A DNA stretch of 64,000 nucleotides from Oopsacas minuta (taxonomy: Eukaryota > Animalia > Porifera), in contig JAKMXF010000310.1 of the NCBI GenBank assembly GCA_024704765.1, positions 62,001 to 126,000 of the forward strand, in the 5' to 3' direction. Position 1 is the first letter of the stretch; each line of letters begins with the position of its first letter. The position numbers and the translations under genes are program-made. Under the pieces are notes generated by a model. It saw only the letters and a list, made by a program, of their open reading frames with translations. It was not told where the DNA came from and searched no databases. Of this stretch, positions 44,266 through 56,694 are shown in pieces.

Positions 44266-46342
44266 CTACAGAGCCAAAACTACGAGAAATAGCATAATTA
44301 AAGTTAGTAGGTTGATCATCAAACTCTATACAATGAAGGATATATGAAATTGAGTCTTTAATTCCTTTAATAATATTTGTCCGTCAATTTTGAAAGTTTT
44401 TGATTCTTGGACACTATATATTGGCTTAAGTACTATCGACTATGGTGAGTACGAATCTGAATGCTATTATACTCCAACACGTCTCAATTTTATAGAATTC
44501 AACTCGCAAAATGGGAAAATGGCATAAATTACCAAAAATTTCTACTTAATAGCAAGTAGTCATGTAAAAGTTGTGTGTATTTTTAAACTAGCGGTCTTGA
44601 ATTCATTGATTACAAGAAATAGCTCTGTATTGGCTAAACCTGTTATTAATATTGCATTTTACGATCTTTGTGATATTTCTCATTTTTTGTATGTGTTATT
44701 CTAGATTTCGTTAGTAACATGACCAATTTAGCCTATACGCAGCTCGTTCAGGTTTATATTTACTCTAAATACTCTGTAGTTTAAATATCTTGGTTTTGCA
44801 TGACTAGTTGATATTTCAGTATTATAATATTTTTGCGAATTGTTGTAATTTTCCCATTTTGTACTTAGATAGTCGATAGAGTACATAAGGCAATATATAG
44901 TGTCCAAGAATCAAAATACTTTCAAAATTTGTCGGACAGTGTAATTATCTATAATTTACCAGTCTCATTACTATTTAGTTTCCACTCACCAGTTTTTTAG
45001 CAGGCTCATGAAAACTAGTCCTGCCATCGCCAGTATAATAATCAGGGTTGCCATGGGAAAAGAATTTCAATTTCAATTCCATTTCCCATCTCATTCCCAC
45101 AGGATTCCCATATGGGAATTCTCATAGGCTAACTACGATTCCCATTCCCACGGCAACCCTGAATTAATAATGCAATCTGGCCGGCTCTGCCGCAGTTCAG
45201 GGATAGAACTAACAGTATTTTTTTTACAAGAAATTGCTTCTACCATGGCCGAACCCTTCCTACTGCCCACCGGCCCTGCAGCCCCAAGGCCGATCAATTC
45301 AAATAATAAAGAATAATTTCATGCGGAAAGTGTTAAGTTTATTACGAAGCGACGATTATTCCTGACGAAGACTCTACTGATATAACCGTACTGTTATAAT
45401 TATACTTACCTGTGAGAGACTGCTAGCGCTATTAAGCCCTGTCTGTTGGATTGTCCTCCCGTCAACATCCTGTAGTGGCCTATAGTTATTTACCAGTATG
45501 GCTCCATCAGTACTTACACGCTGCATTCTAAGCAAATCGAGCTGTTGCCTGGTTATGCATCTGCTTTGAGCTGACACCCACCATAGAGCTGATTGATAAC
45601 ATGGCGGTATAGTTAGAGACCCGTGATACACGTAGAATTTATCGTTACATACTCCAACTATGATAGATTCACACTCATGCAGATCACTTAACCTCCAGTT
45701 AATCCCTGATACGCTTTCATCATTACTTAACGTTTCTAGATATTCATTGTCTGTGCCAAACACAGTATTAAAATCAGAATTAGCACAGACTCTAAGCCTT
45801 AATGCTATAATTGTTAAACCGTCACTCTGTTGTGCAGCAGTAGTAAAATTTGTGTATTCAGAATTGAAATAGTTGAAGTGCACCTCTCCTACTGTCCCTT
45901 CACTATTGATAAAGTGCTCAGAACCCTGTGAGTCTGTAGAACCCCAGTGAAAGTCCAAGCTATTCAAATGGTAACGGTCTCCAAGTGTTCTGCCTGTAAA
46001 GAATGGGTCATCTCCATTATGAACTAAGGCTATAGTTGGTGCGTTCGTATTAGTGGGGTCGTCTGCTTGAAATTCTACAGTATGTCCATCGTTTACAAGC
46101 GTACCATTCCTCATCATATCGTTATGTAATAAAAACAGTCCGGTTCCCTCTTCGCTCATAACTACAGTATCTGTGATAATATCTACCGGAGACTGCATCG
46201 TACCTTCTCCACACTCAGAATAACTCGGAGAGATGCTAGGCCACTCGCTCGGACCTATTGGGGGTTCGTAACCCCATTCTTGAGCACGAATGTTCGAGCA
46301 TAGTACGAATATTAGTATAGTTATAAAGATAAGTCTTCCCAT
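44266..46342 (-). CDS. Alpha-carbonic anhydrase-like protein 1, His94-to-Asp variant with a predicted GPI tail; exons 45410-46342 and 44266-44325
   Basis: Signal peptide, QSPVDI, NDGHTV, SLDFHWG, GSEH, EVHF, YHGSLTIPPC and NYRPLQ. Donor CAG|GTAAGT joins a 60-nt exon encoding SLMINLLTLIMLFLVVLAL*. Confidence 0.88.
44374..44941. mobile_element. CMC/Chapaev-like MITE with ~70-bp TIRs in the CA1 intron
   Basis: Right end ...TTTGTCGGACAGTG|TAA, degenerate left end TAA|TATTTGTCCGTC, matching inverted blocks TTGATTCTTGGACACTATATATTG. Confidence 0.6.
45043..45161. mobile_element. Small hAT-type MITE in the CA1 intron
   Basis: TIR CAGGGTTGCC(A/G)TGGGAA; TSD not clean. Confidence 0.55.
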
Positions 46343-46847
46343 TTCCGAATTCTAATTATTCTTAATGAAATATGAAATTTACTTCAGGGTATGTCGCTAT
46401 TTCTTGCCCCAAAGCCTACAACGTATATCATTTAAGCTATCATAATTTTGAATTTATTAACTGATATCGGATTACTTAGTTGACGAGTACTAGTAATGCC
46501 TATGCCTGCATGGTTCATACATATATACAAATCATATGATACAAATAGATATCAGCTGTGAGTTCATTATATCTCGATCCGCTAGACGAAATACATATCC
46601 TCTTGTTCATCACCTGATATTGAAACTGTCAAAGACAGTATAGCATCAATACTCACATTATTTATCACTGACTTAGTCATGTAATCTTAGTGATACGTCG
46701 ATTCAATCTTCTCTAATTATAAATTAATCCAAAAACTGGCATTTTCCCCAAAAATGATGGCGGGATCGCAGAAGCTTATGGATTTATTTCACCCACATTT
46801 GCAGAGGGAAGTATCAGCCCTGTCTCCTTAATTGCACACGTCACGTA

Positions 46848-47005
46848 CAGTGGAACCTGCATAAACCGACACTCGTTGGGACATGAAAATTTCGTCAAAT
46901 TATGCAGGCGAATTTGTATTGCCGGAAGCTATTTCAGATCAGAACACTGTCGGATTATAGAGGTCTTCAGGATTATTCATTTGTCGGGTTATGCGGGTTC
47001 CACTG
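46848..47005. mobile_element. pogo/Tigger-type MITE
   Basis: TA|CAGTGGAACC(T/C)GCATAA ... TTATGCGGGTTCCACTG|TA. Confidence 0.8.
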
Positions 47006-47486
47006 TATTACATTATACACACTCGATTACAAATATCAATTGTAATGACCGATATGTTTCCTCAAATTTATAATTACATTTAATCACTATTCACTAATCA
47101 GGGATGGTGAAAATGCTCATGTGCAAATAATATTTATTTTTATGAAAACTTCGAGGTACGAAGTGGCTCGTTTCATTAATTTTGCTTTCTTAATTTACAC
47201 TTCGCTTAATTCGAAGCACGAAGTGTAGGGCCCCGTGTGAACAGTGTTCGAAAGCCGTGCTGCGCGAGCAAGCGAACCGCGCTCGTTTATTGAAAGCAGC
47301 AGCGATTTCAACATTATTCGGTTGCAACCTTGATTAGCTTTAATTTCGAAATAATAGGTAGGAACATAATGCAAATGTACTATAATACACATTAATGGAG
47401 TATTACACACTTTTACTTATTACTCTTCTAAAATATTATTCAATAAAACACAACAGGACACCTATACTATCAAGACTGACATAAAC

Positions 47487-48526
47487 TCAAACAAACAGTA
47501 AAGCTAGAAGCAGCAGGAACAAAGACAGAGACATGTTCATCAGTGTTGTAGTAGCCTATAATAAATGTAATAATATAAAATTATGTCAAATGAATATTGG
47601 TTCTTTAATTAATGCTAGAGTTCAATTTTTGGACTTACCGCGTTCGTGTTAGTAAGGATCGTTCGCTGGTTTAGTTCCTGGATAGGACGATAATTGTCAG
47701 TCAGTCGAGGACCCGCTGAGGTTACATTCTGACTTCTTAACATGTCAAGTTGTGCTTGAGAGATACATAACATATCCTCTGCTACCCACCAGGCTACAGC
47801 CTCACTGCATGGAGGAGTAGTGAAGGAGCCCTGGAAGGTATAGTACGAGTTGGTGTCTGTGCACGGTCCGCCACAATTGTAGATGCCACTTAGTCTTAGG
47901 GAAACAGGAACCTCATCAGGATCAGACATTATCTGATCTAGGAAAGAATTGTTGGGCCCAAACACTGGATAGAAATCACTATTTTCACAAACTCTTAGAA
48001 GTACTCCTAACACAAGGAATTCGTTAGCTTCGTTGCCAGCTTGGGAGGAGTTAAATAGTGTATTTCTGCATACAAAGTGGACTTCAGCTACAGATGACAT
48101 TCCATTGAATTGATTCTCTGATCCCCTACTATCTACTGAGCCCCAATGGAAATGGAATTGTTGCAACACATAATCTCCATCCTGGAAGCTTGCACTTTCA
48201 TATGTAGCTCTTAAATATGGACGATTTATGTCAGTTACAGTGTTGTCAATAGCGTATTCAACTGAATGTTCGTTGTTCATCAGAGTACCGCTTAGCAGGC
48301 TGTCTCCGTTGAAGATCTCGAGACTCAATTGTGGCCAATAACTTGAACTTTCAGTGGGGATATTGATGGGGGATTGTCTATTACCATTTCCGCAAATCGC
48401 CCAGTCAGGGTTTAGTGTTGACCAGTTGGCAGGACCAATGGGTGAGACGTATCCAAACTGTTGTGTCCATCCTATTGGTATGATTGACAAGCAACCTATT
48501 ATTGCGAGTATAATTATTCTTGACAT
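47487..48526 (-). CDS. Alpha-carbonic anhydrase 2 with a predicted GPI anchor; exons 47639-48526 and 47487-47555 (~318 aa)
   Basis: Signal peptide, QSPINI, QFHFHWG, GSEN, EVHF and GSFTTPPCSE. An 83-bp intron (GCG|GTAAGT ... TATAG|GCT) joins the tail ATTTLMNMSLSLFLLLLALLFV*. Confidence 0.9.
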
Positions 48527-49497
48527 TTCGAACTATTCAGATACAATTTGAAGCAGAGGGTGTTAATTTCAACACTCAATTACTCCTTTTATACTCGATC
48601 CTCAGTCGTACTGTAACTCGATCAGTGTCTCATAACCTTAAAGCTTATTACTGTTTGATTTTCTTCTCAATTATACCAAATTTTTTCTTGTAGCTATAGA
48701 TTTGAAATGTCAAAAGTACAATCTATACATGCTTGACTAACCGTTTAAAAGAAATTTCTAGCATCATTTTTGAAATACACTATAACTCGGATAAGAGTTG
48801 TAAGACGTACTACCACAAATTTGTACGTAGCAACCGATATACGTACGTCTTATCCGAATATTGTTCCCGTACAAGAATAGATATAGATAATCCTTTGGGG
48901 AGAAGGGTACGAACTAACCGAAAGTACGCACTGGATTTCTTATGGTTTCAAGAAGGAGGAATCCATTTCGATCACTTCATAAGTACATTTCCAAAGGTTA
49001 TCCTTCATCTCGGAATTAAAACGATGACATCACGATTTACATAATCGCTGATCTAATATTAATTATTTAAAATATTTCAAATTTCGTATTTCATAGAAAA
49101 TTACCTCTAAAATAATGATTCAAATATTCCAACTTATCCTAGACTTTTGTGAGAATTGTAAAACACAAGATTTACTTCATGAAACTTGATCATTATAATG
49201 AATTAAATTTGATATGTGTGCTTACTTTGCAATATTCTCAGGATTAATTATCCTCAGGGGTAGGGTATGTAAACTAATATACTTGCATTTGTTTCCATCA
49301 ACTCCCATCATCCCAATATTTCTCCCGCCCAGATATATTTAGTATTTTATTATCTCATTGAAGTACAAACCTCTAATATGCGTCTAATTATTAGATACAT
49401 ATGAATTTTGTATGATCTACAGATCTATATATTCTAGAGTATAGATTTTGTTACTAACAAAAAATTAAACATTACTCAGCTCAGGTTAAACCCAGCC

Positions 49498-50194
49498 ATT
49501 GCCTACTAAAATACGACTATGCATGCTGCCGAATCATAGTAAAAATAAGAGTCCAGTTTATAATTCTCATAAAAGACAAACTAGGCCTCCAATGTTTGGG
49601 AATTGAACCATTTTTAAGTTAAAAAATTCAAGGAAATAAATGAGATTATTTCGAAGATTTCAAACGGCCATCCTTCATCTAGTTTAGGTGCAATTATGCA
49701 ATGACGTCATCATTTATACATCTTGAGTATTATTACAATTTTTTACCTGAAAAAATTAAAATTCTATCTAAATTGATGCTGGATGTTTGAATTTGTTCAA
49801 ATCAAGATAAATAGAATTAACTCATTAGAAGAAAAATTACACAAATATATACCTTGAGCATGAAAAGAATGATATATCAAAATCCATTATCAGTTAAATC
49901 GAAGAAACATATGAAAATGGGTTAAGAAATTGATTTTAAACAAATGTATACAATATTTATGCTTTATAGATGAGTAGAAGACATTCTTTCAAGAAAATTT
50001 TCGATCAGTAATTTTTTTAGAATATGATACCATTATTTGAATTGAGCCTAAACTAGATGAAGGATGGCCGTTTGAACTTTTTACCCTGAAAAGGTTCAAT
50101 TCACAAGCATTGGAGGCTTATTTTCTTTTATACGAATTATTAAACTGGACTCAGATTTTTACTATGATTCGACAGCCGTATTTTAGTAGGCCAT
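49498..50194. mobile_element. MULE-like foldback MITE with long (~200 bp) imperfect TIRs
   Basis: Ends AT(T/G)GCCTACTAAAATACG, internal inverted block CAAACGGCCATCCTTCATCTAGTTTAGG, and a near-perfect 9-bp flank AACCCAGC(C/T). Confidence 0.65.
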
Positions 50195-50314
50195 AACCCA
50201 GCTTAACTTACGAAGGGGATTTCAGACTGGGTTTAACTGGGTTGAGTGTTAAACTTGCCAATCCTGATTTTATTGTATGAATTGTGTTTATTTGTATAGA
50301 TAATATTTCGTGTC

Positions 50315-51508
50315 ATGCAGATACAGAGGTTTAAAGGAGTTATAGTGGGAGATAGGTATGTAAAATACATTAATTTGTTGATTTACTATTCTTAAAATTA
50401 TTAAAGGTGTTTACAGTGCTGTAGGAAAGACTTGCTTACTCCTCACCCAAATGTACAAATGCTTCCCTACAGATTATGTACCTAGAGTGTAAGTTTGCTG
50501 ACCAATTTAATTCATTTATCTAAAGGGAAATTAGGATTTTGTGAATCATTCTGGGTCATTCTTAGTTTTTTTCAGCCCGAGAGAGCTTCCTTTGAAAATG
50601 AGGATTGCTCCCCAAGTAGTAGTACAGTAAATCCTTTTTGTACGAAGTATCTGCTTCTATTTGTAACTGTTAATCAAGTAAAACATGGGTTGTACTGTAT
50701 TCTGCAACTTTTGTCAGTCTAGCCTTTGGAAATTTCATAAGAACATATAATACGTGTATTATCATAATCATCGTTGTTATCTTAGATTTAGCACGTTTCT
50801 TGAATCAAGGATCATTGATGGAAAGCGAGTTGACTATACCATATGGGACACTCTAGGTTAGTTACCGTTTCTCTCAATGTGTTTCTGGCGCTTAGTATTT
50901 TCATGACCTTTTTTGTCTAATTTTTTTCGATTTTGAAAATACAAAAACGTTTGGAAAGTATTAATTAAATTTGTTTCTAGAAGGTGGCGATAAAATTAAT
51001 TCACAAGTCTTGCAGCGTTTTCTAGCCTCCCTGCGCTTATTCAGTGAAATACGGTATTTACCCTTTTTATACTCGTTTACGTTTACCTTACTCTTAAGCC
51101 CCTCATAAAGATTACGATCATCTCAGACCCTCTTCTTATCCAGACACACAAGTTGTCATTATTTGCTTCTCATTGATATGTGCCTCCTCTTTTGAAAACG
51201 TTCAAACTATGTGGATTCCTGAACTAAACATATATTGTCCCCAAGCACCTAGAATCCTTGTTGGGACTAAACTAGATTTGAGAGATGACGATGAGACGAT
51301 CTCGCTTCTGAAGGATAAGCAGTTTGCTCCTATCAGCTACTCGCAGGGCCTGGAGATGATGAGAGATATTGGAGCTGATAGTTATATTGAATGTTCTGCA
51401 CTGACGCATAAAGGAGTTACAGAAGTATTTGAAGAAACAGTGAGAATAGCAATCGCAACTAAATTTAATGCTATTAATGGTCGGAAAGGAAGATGTACTC
51501 TCATTTAA
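50315..51508 (+). CDS. Atypical Rac/Rho-family small GTPase; exons 50315-50355, 50417-50488, 50786-50856, 51099-51508 (~197 aa)
   Basis: Spliced product MQIQRFKGVIVGDSAVGKTCLL...FPTDYVPRVF...WDTL...DYDHLRPSSYP...ILVGTKLDLR...YIECSAL...GRKGRCTLI (CaaX). The ORF track shows only the last exon. Confidence 0.85.
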
Positions 51509-52559
51509 TTGCTTTTTGCAATGTAATTTTTGTGCACAGATTGATAAAAACTTGTTTTGAATATTTGTTTTTAATTTTGTAAACTGAAAATTTACTAAAT
51601 ATATTTTTAGCGTATATATTGTAAAGTAATAGGGTAAAATTCAGAGGATTTTTCTCATTTAAAGAAATGAAAAGAAACAACCCAATATAACTCCAACTTC
51701 TAATTATACTAAAGGTTGTACAAGATGGCCCTACCAATCGCCATTCTGTATCTACTCCCTTGTAAATTACTCGTAAAATAATTATAAGAATAAAATGCTT
51801 CCCCAGTCCAAGAAAATCATATTTGAGACGAATCTTTACTTTACATACCATTAATTAATGCAAAATTTGGACTATCATTCAAAAGAAGGCCAGAATACAA
51901 GCAATAAATCATTATTCATTGGAATTTGTATAATCTAGCTGTTGTGAATCAGGACTTCCGCTGAACCGAAATTATGTCTTGACAGATAATCGAAATAACA
52001 AGGTTTCTTCGAAATAGTATCAATACAATGCAAACTCGATGATTAGTACATATATACCCATTGTCCCAGTTCCTAATCACTATAACTAACTATATATAAA
52101 CGATCTCGATTATCTTGATTGTACGTTTTCCGGACGCTTTAGACCAGTACCAGCGAGTTCGAATAATCTAGGCTGTAGTGTATTAGGTAGGGTAACAAAA
52201 TAGTATCAGCATTCGTATCAGTATTGGTAAGGCAGCTGTTCATTGATATGATTTTCAAATACGGGGCAAAATTTGTTATAGATTCTATTATAGGCAGTGG
52301 TTGTCCACAGATCTGGAATATCCGGGCCGTGGTCGGGTCGCCAAACGCCTTAACCTTGGACAGATGCCCTGTTTGCCCTCCCCACCCACAGGAGTACAGC
52401 GGTTTCGAAATCCTAATACACAATGTATTACGAGATTAACAAATACAAGTACATAATTATGACTTATTTAATGTACTTTTTGTACTCACGAATTTATCAC
52501 TAATGATCTAATCTAATGAAACACAACAGGGCGCCTATACTATCAAGACTGACATAAAC

Positions 52560-53599
52560 TCAAACAAACAGTAAAGCTAGAAGCAGCAGGAATAAAGACA
52601 GAGACATGTTCATCAGTGTTGTAGTAGCCTATAATAAATGTAATAATATAAAATTATGTCAAATGAATATTGGTTCTTTAATTAATGCTAGAGTTCAATT
52701 TTTGGACTTACCGCGTTCGTGTTAGTAAGGATAATTCGCTGGTTTAGTTCCTGGATAGGACGCGTATTTTCAGTTAGTTGAGGACCTGATGAGGTTACAT
52801 TCTGACTTCTTAACATGTCAAGTTGTGCTTGAGAGATACATAACATATCCTCTGCTACCCACCAGGTTACAGCCTCACTGCATGGAGGAGTAGTGAAGGA
52901 GCCCTGGAAGGTATAGTACGAGTTGGTGTCTGTACACGGTCCGTCACAATTGTAGATGTCACTTAGTCTTAGGGAAACAGAAACCTCATCAGGATCAGCC
53001 TTTATCTGATCTAGATAAGAATTGTTGGCCCCAAACACTGGATAGAAATCACTATTTTCACAAACCCTAACTTTTATGCCTAACACAAGGTATCCATTTG
53101 GTTGAGCACCAGCTTGGGAGGTGTTGAATTGTATATTTCTGGACACAAGGTGGACTTCTGCTACAGCCGCTCTTCCATCGAATTGATTCTCTGATCCCCT
53201 ATTACTACCCTCCGCTGCCCAATGGAAATGGAATTGTTCCAATACATAAAGTCCATCCTGGAAGTTGTTTGGCCTTTCATATGTAGCAACGAAATGTGGT
53301 CGAGTTGCTTCCTCGCCCTGAATATTGTATCCTACAGTATGTGCATTGTTCATCAGAGTTCCATTTAATACGGTATCTTCGTTGATGATTATGAGATTCA
53401 ATTGTGGCCAATAAGCAGATTCTTGAGTGGGGATATTGATGGGGGATTGTCTATTACCATTTCCGCAAATCGCCCAGTCAGGGTTTAGTGTTGACCAGTT
53501 GGCAGGACCAATGGGTGAGACGTATCCAAACTCGAGTGTCCATCCTGTTGGTGTGATTGACAAGCAACCTATTATTGCGAGGATAATTATTCTTGACAT
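52560..53599 (-). CDS. Alpha-carbonic anhydrase 3 with a predicted GPI anchor; exons 52712-53599 and 52560-52628
   Basis: Paralog of 47487-48526 with an identical 83-bp intron and a near-identical tail exon; QFHFHW, EVHL and GSFTTPPC. Confidence 0.9.
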
Positions 53600-54226
53600 T
53601 TTCAAACAATTTCGTAACGTAATTTATGTAATCGTATTATTGTTCCTTCCTTTATAACAAATTATAGTCCTATTGCTTATAATTATAATATCACACTATC
53701 ACACTTTGGTAGTAATAAATGACTGTCCTAATTCAATATTCAATCGAGTTTCTATAATGCAGCCATGGATGCCTGATACACTGCTTTTTGGTATTTCAAA
53801 ATACAGTCAACATCCTGTAACTCGAATATTCGCTATCTCGAAGAGATTTTGATTCCCTTGGGGTTTGAGTTATCGAATGTTAACTGTATACATTTTCTAT
53901 AGAATTCTAGTAGTTGTAGAATACAAAACTAACAAAGTTCGTAAATTGAATTCAGCTGATATAATATAAAGTGAATATATACCGATTATACAACAGAGAT
54001 CTGTAGAATTTAGTGTAATACACTTTTCATGGATGTGTATAAGAGACAGGCGATCGAGGCTTCTTGGATTATAGAGTTGCAAAACTCAGAGTATACTACG
54101 AATTTGCCGTGTCTAATTTTGTGGTTTATAAACCCACCTAAATATTTTGCAAACAAAATTTCCAGTTCTACGTATATAATTTCGAGAATTACTGTAATCA
54201 CATATTAATTTTAGTTTGTAGCAAAA

Positions 54227-55444
54227 ATGGCAGAAGCTTTTCCCACAGTTTCTGGAGATCATCATCTTCAAGAAGCTAGTGTTGAAATATGTGCCACTGT
54301 TCCTACAGGTTTGGAAGTTATCGCTAGTGAGGAAATACAACAGATTTTTGCACCTATTTTGTCTATCAAAAGCTTCAAAATACAGCAAGGGAAGGTTTTC
54401 TTTAATTTACCATTTACTCAAGTAAATAAACTTAAGACAATCAGATCTGTAGAGAATCTCTATGCAATCGTAGCACATCTTCCTGCATATTGCTCTACTA
54501 AGGAAGATACCTTTGCTAAGTTTCTAACACTACCATCTGAGCTTAACTGGTCTTCTTCCTTAGAATGTTGGAAGACTCTTTATCAAGCTGAGAACAAAAT
54601 AATAACACCCTTATCAAATGAAATGAGGGATAATTTAGGAAAACACGATTCTGAAATCTTAAAATTTCGTATGTCCTGTCATCGAGCTGGATCTAAGAGT
54701 CAACATCCTTTCGGTTCACCAGATATCGAGCGATTATTCGGGGGTGCCTGTCAGGATTATTTCGGATGGAATGTTAACCTCAAGCATTTCGATGTTGAGA
54801 TATTTGTATGGATATTTGAGAATCAAAATGTCATGGTTGGTATAACTTTAACAAAGGATAGTCTAGCCATTAGGAATATCGTAAAATTTGGACCAACAAC
54901 TTTGCGACCTTGCATATGCTATTGTTTATCCAGAACAGTGTCCATAAAATTAGGCGAAGTGGTTATAGATCCAATGTGTGGTTCAGGTTCAATTCCTATT
55001 GAGGCTGCTATTGCATGGCCTAACGCGTTCTATCTTGGAGCAGATTCCTTCTTGCAAGCTCCTTTCAATACAGCTGAGAATATACACTATGTCAATACAA
55101 ACAGAGCGAAGGGAGTTATACCAGTGGATTCCCTTGTGTGGGATGCCACCTGTTTGCCACTCAGAACGAGCTCTGTTGACGTCATCCTTACAGACTTGCC
55201 GTATGGAAGAAGAATGGGAACAAAGCACCATAACTGGAAGCTATATCCTGATCTACTGTCTGAGTTTGGTAGAGTGTGTAAACCTAGTACGAGCAGAGCT
55301 GCCCTGCTAACACAGGATTCTAAATGTATTGTTAATGTTCTCAAAAGCAATCCATTCTGGAAGAAATCTCACGTGTTTTGGTTAAATCACGGAGGACTAA
55401 GATCTGCAATATACGTACTGATAAGGACAGCTTTCATGCTTTGA
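54227..55444 (+). CDS. THUMPD3: THUMP-domain tRNA m2G methyltransferase
   Basis: ATVPTGLE N-terminus, THUMP region, then GPTTLRP, VIDPMCGSGSIPIEAA and DVILTDLPYGRRMG. Confidence 0.88.
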   Translation: MAEAFPTVSGDHHLQEASVEICATVPTGLEVIASEEIQQIFAPILSIKSFKIQQGKVFFNLPFTQVNKLKTIRSVENLYAIVAHLPAYCSTKEDTFAKFLTLPSELNWSSSLECWKTLYQAENKIITPLSNEMRDNLGKHDSEILKFRMSCHRAGSKSQHPFGSPDIERLFGGACQDYFGWNVNLKHFDVEIFVWIFENQNVMVGITLTKDSLAIRNIVKFGPTTLRPCICYCLSRTVSIKLGEVVIDPMCGSGSIPIEAAIAWPNAFYLGADSFLQAPFNTAENIHYVNTNRAKGVIPVDSLVWDATCLPLRTSSVDVILTDLPYGRRMGTKHHNWKLYPDLLSEFGRVCKPSTSRAALLTQDSKCIVNVLKSNPFWKKSHVFWLNHGGLRSAIYVLIRTAFML

Positions 55445-56403
55445 ATTATTTCATATACTTTAGCATATTTGAAATTAGTTAATTTATAAACTATATATTA
55501 ACTTTATTGGGAAGAAGATTTAGGTTTTCTAGAAAGATATAGTAAACCTATTTTCATCTCTCATTCATGTCTGTTTATATTCGTATTTGCATAAGCACAA
55601 TTGCTGATAATATCCCTAGGGAGTGGACATGCACTATTTGCTCATAGCAAGTTAATACTAACCTAGTACTCTCGATTTCTGCAAAAAGTACACGAGTATC
55701 AGTTATTTCGATTCCAAATTTGTTGTTGTTGTTTGTTGTTGTTGTTTATTTGTTTATATTTGTAGGCTATTTCAAGTTCGTTCATTTGCTTTTGTCTCGA
55801 ATGAGGTTTGGAATCGAATGGCTCATGCAATTACATATAATTTTCAAAACAATTTATACAAATTTTCAATAGATTCAATCCAGTATGGGTTTATTAAAAT
55901 TCCTGCAAATATTAATAATTCAAGCTGCTATTTTACTTTTGGGATCAAGAAATTGTGAATTTCTGCTTCACAGCTAATTAATGCTCGGCCAAACTACGAA
56001 AGGAGAAATTCACCAGTTAGAGTTAATTGAACTTCGACAACCAGCAGTCAATATATTCCCAAACCAATATTGCCTCTTTCTATGGATCGCAAGCTATTGA
56101 ATGACCCAAACATTTTTGTTCCTTTGAATTTGATGCATAACTTTTAATGAAACTTCCAAATGCAACAGAACTCCTCGGGAAACAAAATTATTAAGTACTA
56201 CCGTAGTACGTCTTATCCGAAAAATCTTTCCATTCAATTAGTTAGAAGAAATTAAATCTGTTTTGGAGAAAAGTACATACTAATCGTTCTACTGTAGTTT
56301 GCAATCAAATAGGGCTCGATCATGCCTACTTAATATACTGCTATATTTGTAATTCCAGTTCTTGGGTAATTTATACTTTACATAACCACTAATTATATTT
56401 ATA

Positions 56404-56694
56404 GGGTATTGTGATATGGCGAATCCAACAGAACCATTTTTGTGGTTAACCAGTTTAGGCGCCATTTAATGATGAAGTCAGAAATATTTATCAAAAAATA
56501 TTTAAATTTTGTAGAAAAAAGGATAGAAAACAATACTTTTTCTTATTTTCAAAGATTTTCACTCAAAATTATCAACTTTGCTGATTTTGATGGTGTGAAT
56601 TTATACCTCAAAATCTATATTTAGTGTATTTGTCACGTCATCATTAAATGGCGCCTAAAAATGGTTCCGTTGGAATTGCCATTCCACAATACCT
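56404..56694. mobile_element. MITE with ~38-bp imperfect TIRs
   Basis: TA|GGGTATTGTG...GAACCATTTTT and AAAAATGGTTCCG...CACAATACCT|TA. Confidence 0.6.

Noticed and set aside
47615-47638. C-terminal KIEL as an ER-retention signal in CA2 and CA3
   Set aside because: These codons lie inside an intron that starts with GTAAGT; the spliced proteins end in a hydrophobic tail.
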